Source: Marsupella aquatica
Lineage: Eukaryota > Plantae > Marchantiophyta
Direction of reading: 5' to 3'
Assembly (NCBI GenBank): GCA_973895155.1
Contig: OZ316891.1
Location: forward strand, 9,115,875 to 9,179,874
DNA length: 64,000 nucleotides
The notes under the pieces are model-generated. The model worked only from the letters and a program-made list of their open reading frames with translations. It was not told the DNA's origin and made no database searches. Within the stretch, counting starts at the first letter, position 1, and the number at the start of each line of letters is the position of its first letter. Below are positions 52,070-64,000 of the stretch, in pieces. Both the position numbers and the translations under genes were made by a program.

Positions 52070-53270
52070 ACTTCCTTCAAGCTCCATTCCATAGTAGTAT
52101 TAATAGAGGTTGTCTTCCCAATTCTCCTTTGAGTTATCTGCAATCCCTTTTAATATTCTAACACATTCTTCTATAACTTCTTTGGTCTCCAGATGGTCCA
52201 TCATAGTTTCATCATGAGGTCTATCATTCCCATAGTTCTTGCCACTGTTGGAGCTCATGTGACCCCTATACATGTTTTCCCTTTGGTGCTCAATTTGTGC
52301 TGTCCCCTCTTGAGTTCCATAGTTGAATTCATTCTCATCGTGCCCATCATCTTTTGCCATTCTCGGTTTCTCCCATTCTTCTTGTGCAGATTGAAAAGCA
52401 ATGGATTCCTTCCTCACTTGCGCAGACATCCAAGCTCCCGTCTTGTTGTGTGCCAAATCAAAAGGACGTTGCAGCGTCACCCCACCTGTGCTGAGTATTG
52501 CTGGTTCATGAGGAATTTCTGAGGGTTCCTATTACAACGATCTGGTATTATCCCTCGGCTTCCAGCAATACGCCCTCCTAGCGATCTTCCACCACTTCTT
52601 CCGGTCAAAGCTCTGCCTGTAGAGACCCCATCAAAAAAGGGAAACCAAGGATCTCGTGTGTGATCCATCCCCAAAATACCCTAGTATAAAAAGAATGTCC
52701 TTATGCGCTTAGCAAATCTCTTAATAGAATTGACACCTTGTAGCTAGTCTTCTTACCTGTTTTGGGATTCAGTGTGCCTAGAATCTAATTGCGGCGGCAT
52801 TCCCATTGTAGCTTCTCTCTGCAATAGTCAAACGCAAGTGCACATGAGGCGTTATCTCTTCCAAAAGAGGCAGCAGACAGCTCCACTGGCGCCCCTCGCA
52901 ATGCAAAACCTGACATGTTAAGTGAGATCTCCACTCTTTGTGGCATTTCAGAGAACCAACTATCGAGAAGGAGGGAGCCACTAGCACTAAAGTTCCATCG
53001 ATTGAAAATGCCAGGTTAGTCCTTGTCTGCTTTCATCCGGTCTTTTGATCTTGCTAGCCTTGCTCAATTTGGCTTCCGATGCTATCAGAAGAACCCCCTT
53101 GCTCCCCCGATCATGTTGCACTAAGAATTCCTGAATGTGGACCCTTATCGCCAAAGTTGCGATCAAGTAGGTCTCCTGTTTCCTAGTCCAAGTTCCACCT
53201 CAGTTCCCCCTCAGTTCTGCCTCAGTTCAGTTCGAGAAGTCCAACATAGTCTCTATCATTGTCTTTGTCA
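52070..53270 (-). pseudogene. Decayed Myb/SANT-like (Harbinger-type) DNA-binding gene
   Basis: WTRKQETYLIATL; DPWFPFFDGVSTGRALTG; IEECVRILKGI. Confidence 0.4.
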
Positions 53271-54549
53271 TCAAGAATATTCATGGTTTGTGTTTTGAAA
53301 GAAAGATTTGGTGGCTCAGACAAATTACAGAAAAAGACACATGAGATGCACAAATAAAGTGCATGGAAATTTGAATTCATATATCTTGAAACTCATAAGG
53401 ATCCCGCATGATTGTTTGATCCCTCACCTGCTTGCTTTTGAGAAGCGGCCACACTGTTCTGGAACCTGATATTTGAGTTGTCTGGAAAAGTGTCACAGAG
53501 AACGGCGTAATAGTTTGCAAGATTGATTCCATTTCTGAAATTGAATGAAGTGACTGAAAAGTATGCGTCCAGTAGCAGCTTTTGGAAAGCTAGAGCTGTC
53601 ACCAGAACAAATGAATTGAACAAATGAAATGAAAGAAGATTTTCAGCTAGACCCTTGAATTTGAAAAAATTCACCAAACTGAAACGAGCTAAGATGATGA
53701 GATTGTTTACAAAGATTTGTGAGCTCGATCTGTCCAAAGCGAGTGAAGTGAAATTGTGACATTTTTCTTCAAACAAACTGGCCTTGCTTTAGTGGATCTA
53801 CAATTTATATATGTGCTTAGAATGAATGCCAACAGTTCTAAAAACTCGAGGTAGTTAAGAAAAGACAAATTATGTCCTGAGAACGCACAAAAGAAGTCGG
53901 GTACGATGCACCCGTTGCAGAAATGATTTGCAGGCTTGCCAAAGATTTCACGCTAAGCACCGGATCATTGACTCCACAAACTTCTGTTGTCTGCCCAAAC
54001 ATACATATAACACTTTGATCAACTAACACGCAGAATCTACAAGCACGAAGGAGTTTTGATTATTCTACATTTTCTCCTAGTAGAAGAGATAAAGTTCAAC
54101 TTTAAGGACATCAAAATTACGAATTGGTTACTCTTTTGGCAACCTTTTAATTTTATTTTTTGTTGCCAAAATACATAATCTATCTTATATTTTTAATAAA
54201 AGGAAAAGATAACTAAATGGGTACTGTTCAAAAAAACTGAAATCTTCTTGTGTGTTTTATTTACTTTTATTTCACTTTTATGTGTAGCAATTACTGCATG
54301 GCGCCCTATTTGTTCCAGAAAACTCGCCACAAACAGGATTTCAAATTTTATTTTTTTTGCAAATCAGTTTTGTCATCGTTGTTGACATCTTTGTTGATGT
54401 GGCACGTCCTCGTGCCAGGGAATTTGCAGGAGACTCCTCATGGGGGTCCGTAATTAGTTTATTAAAACTGAAATTTAAAGAATTGTATATTAGGTTTTTT
54501 TTTTGAAAATTTGAAAATGAATAAAATGCTTATTTCTTTTAAAATTAAA

Positions 54550-56350
54550 AATTAATCTATTAAATCAGGCTTACGGTTGCAAGTTCTTCCTTCATTAAGT
54601 TTGTTTCCCATGCACTTCTCCATTCATCATTCTTCTTTTGAGGATTTGCAGCACTCCAGTTTCTGAAGTTCAAAGCAAGTTTCATCTCTTTTCCAGTAAC
54701 AAGCTTCATTAAATGACACCATAATTCACTTCCTTTCAAATATTCCTTCCCTTGTCAAGCAACTCATAAGCTCTTAATTTCTGTCTCTCCATTCCGCGCA
54801 CAACATTCGTGGGTGAAAGTCCAAGATTTTTCCCATTAGCTTCACTACTTACTTCTTTAATTCATCTTATAACGTATCTACTACTTTGCCTGTCAGTTAC
54901 AATGAGTTTTCTTCATAAATCTTGGCATTGATGTCCAGCTTTTCCTCATTTCAATCACTTACAACAAGTAGAAAGCAACTGCATTTTTAACGTTCTCTGA
55001 GTTGTCCCCAAAACCTCTATGTGTTCACACCCCTTTTCCCACCATGCACACCATAATCTCTTTGATCTTCACACTTCCGTGGCATAGCGGAGCTTGTTAT
55101 TTTTTCCAGCCAGGCTCTCTTAACTTCCTCTTTCAAGCACGGCTCACCTCCGGTCCATGACGCATGTTGTATTCATCTCTCAAGCTTCTACAAAGTGATT
55201 CCTCTCTTCTGCATTCATCACCAAAACAACTTCAGGGCAGCCTTTGCTTGATCTTGTCCGTTAAATCAGCACCAATCATGGTCTTACATTGTGGCCTGAA
55301 TACAACAAGCCCCTTCTACTCACCTCCCTTTCCACAGTGCACCATGATCATCTGTCACAAAGAAATCATTCCGAGTACACTAAATGCCTTGCCAAAAAAT
55401 ATGAAAACTCCCAAACCTACAATGTTTAACTGCACACGCATCAATCAATTCTCCACGTATTCAACACATAAACCTGCCTAAACAAACCAAACTTCCATTT
55501 TCTTTCCCTCTACCTAAACAAACCAAACTTCTTTCTTTGATTCTAACTTCATCCCTCTTCAAGCTTTGTCTCAACTCACCGCATTTGCCTTTTCTTTTTC
55601 CTCGGGGCAGTAGAGATGTCATTCTTACACAAACCTTTGATTAATACTCTCCAAATTCTCCTGAACAAGTTCCCTCTTCATTAGCATCATCCAAAGACTC
55701 ATCAATTTCAATCCAAAGCTATTTGCTGTTTTGTCTCCATATCCTAAAGCTGGTTTCCTTTCAACACACAATCGTACATCCCTCTTCAAGAAGTTGGATT
55801 GATTGCCTCTCTCACAAGCTAGCGCACTTGTTCCTTTAAGATTTCCTTCCTGATTTCAAATTCCAATCTTACTGAAAACAAAAATTTACCTCTTCTCAAC
55901 GCATCCACTTCCACAAGCTCATTGTTAATAACTCCAAATTGCTCACTGCCAAGGTCAAGACTTTCAGGGTCAATTTTGCACACTCATTCTCTGATTCATT
56001 CCTAGAATGAGTTCTCACACTGTAGCCTGTTTTCCTTTGCTTTCCTTTCAGTCATGAATTCCTTTGCATCAACACTCCATTGCACACTAAAAACACCACA
56101 TGCCCATAAAACTCCAAAGCTCTCCTTCTAACCACCACACGTGCCCTTACCATTGAAACTACCATTATGGATTTGAATCCTCACAGATCACCATGTGTGA
56201 AGTCCAAAAAAATCCACCAAAAAACTCATTTGACCCTTCATATATTTTTATTCCCATCCTCTTTTGTCTTTTCATCATTCAACTCCTTTTCCATGTACTA
56301 AAAGTTGCTCCAAACTCCATGCCAAGTTAACCAACTACAATTAAATATCT
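54550..56350 (-). mobile_element. Highly decayed LINE remnant
   Basis: Purine-rich minus strand and an SDH-like endonuclease fragment (TDDHGAL) near 55340; no long ORF. Confidence 0.35.
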
Positions 56351-56745
56351 TTATAATTTCTCTCCAACCTCATTTCCTGACAACATTGGCTCCTGGGCGG
56401 CCAAGAGCAACACCACAATCATTATGGAAGGACAAATGAATTGACGGCAGCAGTGGTGTCCGAGGAAGTATTTGCATTGCCAATAAGAAATAAGATGCAG
56501 GTTGATGCCAGGAAGTCACTTCTGGATGACTAGTTTAGGTCATCTTCATGTTAGGTTATGCCTCCAATATCACCTATATACTTTCATAGTACTAGCTAGA
56601 TTTTGATAGACTAGAATAACACTAGTTTGAGTTCCAGGTTCCCATAGACCATGGGAGGGGGTATACCCAAGGGGAACACAAACTTGTGCTCACACTTGAA
56701 GGTTCACTCTAGAGGAGAGAGTGAGAGGAGGAACTCTAGCACGTT

Positions 56746-56901
56746 GGCTATGGCAAGTGTAATCATTTCGCTGTACTGGGTTTCTCTCACGCCTGTGGAC
56801 ATCGCCCAGGCGTGGTGAGCCACGGCTATGGCAGGTGTAATCATTTCGCTGTACTGGGTTTCTCTCACGCCCGTGGACATCGCCCAGGCGTGGTGAGCCA
56901 C
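56746..56901. repeat. 78-bp tandem duplication, 2 copies
   Basis: GGCTATGGCA.GTGTAATCATTTCGCTGTACTGGG...GGCGTGGTGAGCCAC at 56746 and 56824. Confidence 0.9.
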
Positions 56902-57923
56902 GTCCTTTTGTTGGAGTCTTAAAGGGAGTTTTATCCTTTATTCATCCAGACTTAAAGTACATTTTATCCTCTATGTACTCCTTTTGGTTCTATTGCATCG
57001 TGCTTTGTTTGGCCCGTTTTAGAAAATTGATCATTTGATTCAATTTCATATGCTCCATTTGTGTTAATTTCCTTAGTTTCTTTTGTGTCAGTTAATATAT
57101 CATTTTACTCACTTTTAGCATATTCCATTTGTGTTAATATCACTACTTCCTTTTGTAAGTGAAACTTGCCCCATTCAGAGGAGCACCCGTGCTGCTTGAG
57201 AGAATTTCCTGAGGCGAGGAACAAAGAAATATTCCAAACTGGAAAATAGGTCTCATTTAACCAGGTAGAAATTTTGGGAGCTTAGAGTCCCCAAATCGAA
57301 AAAATCGACCGTCTTGATGCTAATACATGTACAGCTCCTGAATTCAGTTCATACGATAATTCCTACTCCTGTATCGAAGTGACCCTGTCTACAGGCCATC
57401 GTCCAGTGAAAACTTGAATCCAATCATCATCAATTTGCACAGATGGGCTCTAGGTGCAATTGCACCTCAAAATGCTCTTAACGACTTCTCAGTACTTCTG
57501 AACTTCTAAGAGCTCGATGTAGTCGTCCCTTTGCTAATATTCTATAATGTCTCCATCTACCAAACGCATGTACTCGCAAAACGATGTTATTCGCAGATCC
57601 CACAAGGCTGTAAGCTGTTCAACAGAATGTGGCAGAGTATATGCTGCTGACATTCAATCAATAGCTCACTCCAGCCACCAGTAGATACTCAGACCGTCTG
57701 TGCAACAACATGGTATAAATGCTTAACCTTGCCCAGGCCCACCTTGTAAATAAGTGGAATGGGATGCTGGCGGCTACAAAACACGGCCTATTATATTAGA
57801 TTGCTGTGCAGATGTACACAGGGAATACGTCAGAGCAGTTCGGTTCGCTCCTACGGCACATCAGTCCGGTCAACTCAAGGTTAACTGTCACTCGGACAAC
57901 GCCACGCTTGAAGGCAGAGAAAA

Positions 57924-60644
57924 CTATCCACCTGAATGAGATTCTGCATGGGTGGATGGGTCATAGAAAGAACGAAACTGCAATCCAGAGCCAATGTGGC
58001 CATTCTCTGTTGGGCAGAGCCAATATATTGCGGATGGTCCCAAAATCTGCACACGAAAGAACTTCTCAGCTATCTGAGAAACATATATCTGTCCCAAGTA
58101 CTGAACAAGAGCGAGCTGTGCTGACTTACATCGTGAGGCCCATGAAGCACAAACTTAGAATAGTCATTGATGCTTTCGACCTACTGGCAACGTGGGAGTG
58201 CCGAATTCTTCAGCTGTTGAATATGAATTTGTCAAAGCTCTTCCTAGAACGTAGTGAGAATGCACGTGAGCACTAGGACCATATCTCTGCGGAAATTTTC
58301 TAGAAGCGATAAGGATTTCAATAAGTGATTTCATTGCAGGACTAGCTTCTCAGAATGTTCCTTGAGTAGATATTCCAAGTCTCCTCAGGTGTTGCATCCC
58401 ATGTGCTGACCCTCAGCACTATAGAATGGTCTTTCAAAGCCCACATCATAGGGGAAAAATAAAGTTATTGGAGGTTGAGAACGCACCGTCACCGTATTTG
58501 TAAATATGCCAAGATCGTATGGATGTTTGTAATTGTGGCCTGCTTTTTCAGCAAGCCATCTAGCTCGAACACCTTCATGATACTGCAGGCAAATATCACA
58601 CAACCCTTGTAAGAAGAAATGGACTTTCTTCCATGGCAGCTGTTCACTCTAATACAAAAGACTCTACTGTACCTTCGGGAAGGATCCCTCTAAACACCCT
58701 GATGATGCTGCATTCAATCATCTCAATATGAAAAAAATTCTAAACTTTCATCTGCTTCACTGTGTCTCACGCAGCAGAGGACATGCCAATGTATGCTTTC
58801 ATAAACAGGAGGTTCCTAGAAGACCAAGGTACGACGTAGGTGAAGATGGGCGCACCTCAATGGTGGTCTTATTATGCAACAGAAGATAGATGTGCCATGC
58901 CAAGAGAACAGCTACAGTACCTAGGAGAAGGATTATCAATACTGCACAAAAGACCTGCAAACACCACCACCACTGCTTCCGAATGATAATACTGGCCAGC
59001 CATCATCAGATGAACTCTTGAGCCTGAAACTTCTACTATTGGCATTCTTAACTTTTTCTTTCCAGAATTCGAAACATGCAAGATTTCAAGATGGTAAAAT
59101 TTCCCCCGTGGATCATCATTTTGCACATTTGTCAAATCACGAAAGCACCACATGGCGCTCAGAACACAGTACCTTAGGCTAAAATGATTATTGGAGAAAA
59201 CTACAGACAGTCCAATCATGGAAAATAAGACCTCTTACTGGCACGTGCACACAAGAAATTCGGAAATTTAATCATATAGCAACATACCTTAACGAGAACC
59301 GAACCCGCAATAGACGAACTAGCAGGCAAGGACCTTGGGAGGATATCCGAGTTTCTCTCATTACTACCAAATTCTTGAAGTGCATGGACACCAAGCAACA
59401 GCTGCATTTCACAAAAAACATTCAAATTTAGAAACATCGTGCTTAGAACAAAACACCCTACTGGTGAACTGCACAACATGGAGGTGTTGGAAGAGTTTTC
59501 AATTACAGGATTGAGGAGCTAAGTCTTATGGTGCCAAAAGTGGTACGACATGCTTACCACTGCATGAGTACAGGCAGTAACAACGTATAAGATGAAGAGG
59601 AAGAATGCCTTGTAGTTGTTATGACCCACACAATTGTTTATCCACACGCAATGATGGTCCTGCAGTGTAGCCAGCAATCTATCAATTTACATCCTCTCAC
59701 CCAGGATGTACAACAGCGAACTCACTGATGGCTGTTAGCTGCAGAAATCATAAAGCCATACACTAGGAACAAAGAATTCGAAGCCGCTACTCAGTCAGAT
59801 TCGCCGATCAGAGGTGTGATAAAACTTCGTTGAGAGACCATGAAACATGCCCAGCAAACAAGTGAGAGAAACAATCTAGGTTACAGCTAGAATACCATGC
59901 GGAGGACACAACGTTTGCAGACACGACAATGGTGAGCTCTCGGTGGCTTGTAGTGTCCGCATTTTTGACAGTATCTCAAATCTCCACCCTGCACACGTTT
60001 CAACGATCAGTCTTCGGCTCATCGCATTACTGTGAACACATACTGCAACTCAGAACAGGTTATAGAAAAGAATCAAACTAGGTGTTCTTGAATGGAGGTC
60101 GTTCGCCCGTGTCTTTTGAAGCAGAATCGCCCGTACTTCCGAGTGAAACGGGCCGCGCAATTGAGAGTTGTAATTTCCAGCGCGAAAGATCTTCACTAAC
60201 TTATACTTCAACTAATCAGAAGGGAACGGGATGCAATATGCCAGGGAACTCAGAGAACATGAGGAAGCGAAGGTTTCGAAATTGGGACTCCCGTGAGATT
60301 ACTAAGTTTGCAAAGAATATGACGCTAACAGTACTTCCTCATGTAATCATGATAAGGAGGTGTACCTTACGCTTTACTTCGTGGAGAGCATTTTGACTGT
60401 CTTCAAGGTCAGGCATGTACGATGAGGGCACCCGGCCAGGGTCCCTCAGAACTGCTAGGATATAACAGAAGAGGGACATGGAAGCCAAACAAGTGAAGAT
60501 GACTGCATTCAGCAGGCCAGGGCCAGTGATCAAACTCATCCAAGGTTCTATCACGAGAAAAACCACCGTGTAGTATATGAAACAAATTGCGACGAGCACC
60601 ACCACAACGGGAAGCGACGCAAATCTGTTTAGAGTACCAGCCAT
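57924..60644 (-). CDS. DHHC protein S-acyltransferase (PAT15/PAT16-like); 7 exons approx. 60644-60366, 59988-59896, 59659-59558, 59402-59288, 58954-58856, 58582-58488, 58046-57924
   Basis: DPGRVP; [27 protein letters not shown]|[19 protein letters not shown]; HNKTTIE|YHEGVRA..HPYDLG; GT-AG boundaries. Confidence 0.95.
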
Positions 60645-61189
60645 TGTTTCCGCTTACTAAACCTGTCCCAAGTTGTCTATTCTACGTTCAAATTATCCTT
60701 AGGGAAAATCGACATAATGTCAGCTCCGAGATCACGAACGCCTCGGAATAAGACCTGTATGTACAGCAGCTTGACGTGCACCAGCGTACCCAATAATGAG
60801 ACTGCAAGTGCCAATTGCTGGGACGTGAAGACTTCCTCAGAACATTTGACCTCCGCTCTTTACACCAATTGATCTCTGCCACCTCTAGTCCAGACGGAGG
60901 CTGATATCAGAAAATGATTTGATTTAAACTCTCCCACAACCACAGTTGTTCAGGCATTGTGCATTATGGTGGTGACACAATCAGCAGCTCCTACTAGATG
61001 CTCAGCTGGCTTTGCCCTGCCTCATCTACCAGCACATTTGGGAACCATTTTTTTCTGAAGCCGGCAATGTGATTGTGGCCTGTGGTGCAATGCCTCCGAT
61101 CCCGCGCGGCCGCCCGTCCCAGTGCCAATGTTGTTCATGTGAGCCTGCCGGATTGCTTCACTGACCTTGACGCGGATGCATTCTCACTG

Positions 61190-61735
61190 AGAAAAGCACA
61201 GAAAGAGGAGCCAAAAAGGGAAAAAGAGATTATTACGATACCTTCCGAGGTCATAATGGAAGCAGTTTTACTGAGGAAAATACAGAAAAACGCGCCAACA
61301 AGGAAGACGGACTTATTGTTCAGATACCTACCGAGCTCAAAACGGAAGCAATTTTCAGATACATGAAGATGCGCGGAAAACACAGAAAGACACGCCAACA
61401 AGGAAGAAGGGATTACTAATTCAATACTTTCCGAGCTCGAAGCGGAACCAATTTTCATTGCGAAAAACACAGAAAGACACGCCAACAAGGAAGAAGGGAT
61501 TACTAATTCAATACCTTCCGAGCTCGCAGCGGAAAGCAATTTTCATTGCAAAAAACACAGAAAGATCCGTGAAAACCACAGAAAGACGCTCCAACGAGGA
61601 AGAAGGAATTATTGTTTCGATACCTTCCGAGCTCAAAGCGGAAGCGCTTTTCATTGAAAAAAACACAGAAAGATGCGCCCTAAAGGAAGAAAGGAATTAT
61701 TGATACAATACCTTCCGAGGTCAAAAGGGAAGGAA
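61190..61735. repeat. Degenerate ~87-bp tandem array, ~6 units
   Basis: Recurring ACAGAAAGAC.CGCCAACAAGGAAGAAGG.ATTA...ATACCTTCCGAG.TC at about 61198, 61282, 61382, 61469, 61578 and 61665. Confidence 0.85.
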
Positions 61736-61928
61736 TTGCCTGCTGCATGGGCCCCATGCACTCACTCACTCAATCGTGGATTGGATCACACATTGTAATC
61801 ATTGCCTTCTTAATGATGACGGGGTACTACAGTAGACAATACTATGGCATAAACAGTTTTTTTTTATAAATTTAATAATTTTGATTTTTATTGGCGAAAT
61901 TTGTGAGACCCCACATCAAGAAGATTGA

Positions 61929-62018
61929 GTCACAATAGTTAACCCAAGATCTATCCAATCTTTATATTCAAGTGTCACAATAGTTAACCCAAGATCTATC
62001 CAATCTTTATATTCAAGT
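61929..62018. repeat. 45-bp perfect tandem duplication
   Basis: GTCACAATAGTTAACCCAAGATCTATCCAATCTTTATATTCAAGT occurs twice. Confidence 0.9.
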
Positions 62019-62669
62019 GAACTATCACAAAGTCATGTCTCTAATGGGCTTGGCCTACACAGATTTACAAGTAGTGAGAGTGTAATCATTTGGATGAGGA
62101 GACCAACGTGAAATCTTTGGTCTTTGGACAATTCCACATAAAGGACGGCACCACTATTAGACTTTTCCTTGGGTGTCTGCTTTCTTACTCAAGTCAGAAA
62201 AAGTTGGTGTCAACCTAAATCAGTGACTCCTCCTAACATATACTAAAATGTACTTCAAGGATGCAAGGAGCTTCATTCATGTTGCTAAAGGTGGTTCTGA
62301 GCAAGGAATTTATTACATAGCATGTTCATCCTGGTACATGCCTTTTTGTTTGTTTGTTTGTCTTGTAGTGATATATAATTCATTTGATGACAAAAGAAGT
62401 AAGTACTTGTAAAGTATATGCCAAAAAATTAATATCTATTAATTAAAAATTAGTGACATAACACATAAAACCATAAAGTAAACCTGTAAAGAAAAGTACA
62501 TTATGACCAAACAAATAGAAAGGTACTAAAGAGTTGTGCACATATAGTACTTGCTTCTAGGTAATGATAATCAACTTAATTAAAACATACATTTTGTAAA
62601 GAAAACTAGATGTGCACTTCAAATTCATTTATCTCACTTTCATGAAAAAAGAGTGAGAAAAAAAGAAGA

Positions 62670-62945
62670 ATTCACTAAAGAGTGATTTAAAATAAATAAA
62701 TAAATATTTATGAGGGGAGCCAAATACATTCAAAATAAAAAAAAATTCACTAAAGAGGGATTCAAAATGAAAAATTTAACATTTATGAGGGGAGTCAAAT
62801 ATATTCAAAATACTTTAAGTTCACTAAAAGTAAAAGGGGTCCAATAGTTAATTCAAAATAAACTTAATACCCAATGATTCACCTTGTTAAGACACATTAA
62901 AATAACTTAATACCTAATGATTCACGACACATTAAAATAAAAATA
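62670..62945. repeat. AT-rich short tandem repeats
   Basis: Repeated TTCACTAAAGAG...TTTATGAGGGGAG and AATAACTTAATACC.AATGATTCAC. Confidence 0.6.
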
Positions 62946-64000
62946 CTGTACACAAAATCTGAATAAGACAAAATATTAAAGGTGAATTCCCCATATATTG
63001 GAGCTTCATATTGTTCACCACATCGCAGCTTGATTCATGTTGCTAAAGATGGTTCTGAGCAAGCAGTTGACGAAAACCTAAGTGAGAAAACAAAAGATCC
63101 TTCCATAGACTCAGTTTTGGATGGCAAGGACATACAACACTTGCTTTGCACAACTTGGCGTCACTAGGACGAAAAAGGCCTAGTCAACCATCCAGGGGCA
63201 TTAACAACACTGATAATGGCACTGACAAAATATTGGAACCCGTTGTGCAACAACCCGCAGCATTTGCTGTAGGCAACTTGGCTTGCGAAGATGCCAGTAG
63301 AAAGATGACGGAGAAAAGTATCAACCATCCAGTGCTGTTAGTGGACCTAACACTGGCATTGACAGAAGATAAGAATCCTGTTTTACAGCAATTGGCACCT
63401 TTCGCCTGGAGCAACTTGGCAAATGGTGATAGATAGATGATTGCTAAAATCATAGACCATTTCGGTGCACTGGAGGCACTACTGGATTCTCTAACCAAGT
63501 CGACCAACCCTGCTTCATAGAAAGAAGCAATGACATTGGGCATCCTTGCCTCTCGCTAAAATAAGGCGAAGTCCAATATTCTAGTCATCGGGTGACACTT
63601 GAGGGGCTAGTGCTTCCTTCACTCAATCATGACAAGATCGGTATGAGACTTGACTTGGATTGGACCTCGTGGAGCTCAGAAAAATAATGGAGACGGGGAG
63701 ATGCTGACGAGGGGTTTCCTCTCAGAATTGCAAGGAATGAAATGGTAGCAGACGTTATTGCTACTACCTGCAGCAGACTCGTGAGAAGCTTTGCTCTGTG
63801 AACAGCTTGTAAAGTTTGCCAGTGTTTGGTCCTTCCTCGATACTCTTCTGACTGCTTGGTACTGCAATCCATTCATTGGATAGACTCAATCAGTCAGTCA
63901 CACATTGGGCTTAGGATCTAGGGATTCGGTCTATGTTAGTAGTGCTTATATTAGACTACAAAACCATGTCAATGCTCACCAAGGTCTGTCCTCCCGGTCG

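Noticed and set aside
56704-56901. Small repeat protein ORF
   Set aside because: By-product of a 78-bp tandem duplication in probable TE sequence.
61190-61735. CRISPR-like array
   Set aside because: The units are degenerate full-length tandem copies without unique spacers; there are no cas genes and the context is eukaryotic.
62982-63876. Short ORFs at the window end
   Set aside because: No recognisable domain or consistent splice model.

Overview
Eukaryotic, intron-containing, transposon-rich land-plant DNA. It most resembles a non-seed plant such as a liverwort or other bryophyte, which is an inference from the TE protein types. Two intact-looking host genes bracket about 52 kb of nested and decayed transposons: a plastid thioredoxin-fold MRL7/RCB/NCP-like gene (2.6-4.4 kb, minus) and a DHHC protein S-acyltransferase (57.9-60.6 kb, minus). 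The TEs include a PIF/Harbinger remnant, an LTR nest with resolvable TSDs, a Copia gag, two hAT-type MITEs, a CACTA end and LINE fragments. The standout is a complete 10.6-kb Mutator-like element (32869-43447; 9-bp TSD ATATAAAAG, imperfect TIRs). It carries a SWIM-type MULE transposase and a divergently transcribed, spliced gene with an N-terminal ParB/Srx-like domain (DGNHR) and a C-terminal degenerate beta-class N4/N6 DNA-methyltransferase-like fold. Eight copies of a 16-bp 7-2-7 palindrome (CTAGCGA-NN-TCGCTAG) lie in its introns, divergent promoter and other non-coding DNA. This arrangement suggests a parS-like self-recognition, possibly anti-silencing, system. All domain calls are by-eye motif recognition, not database searches.
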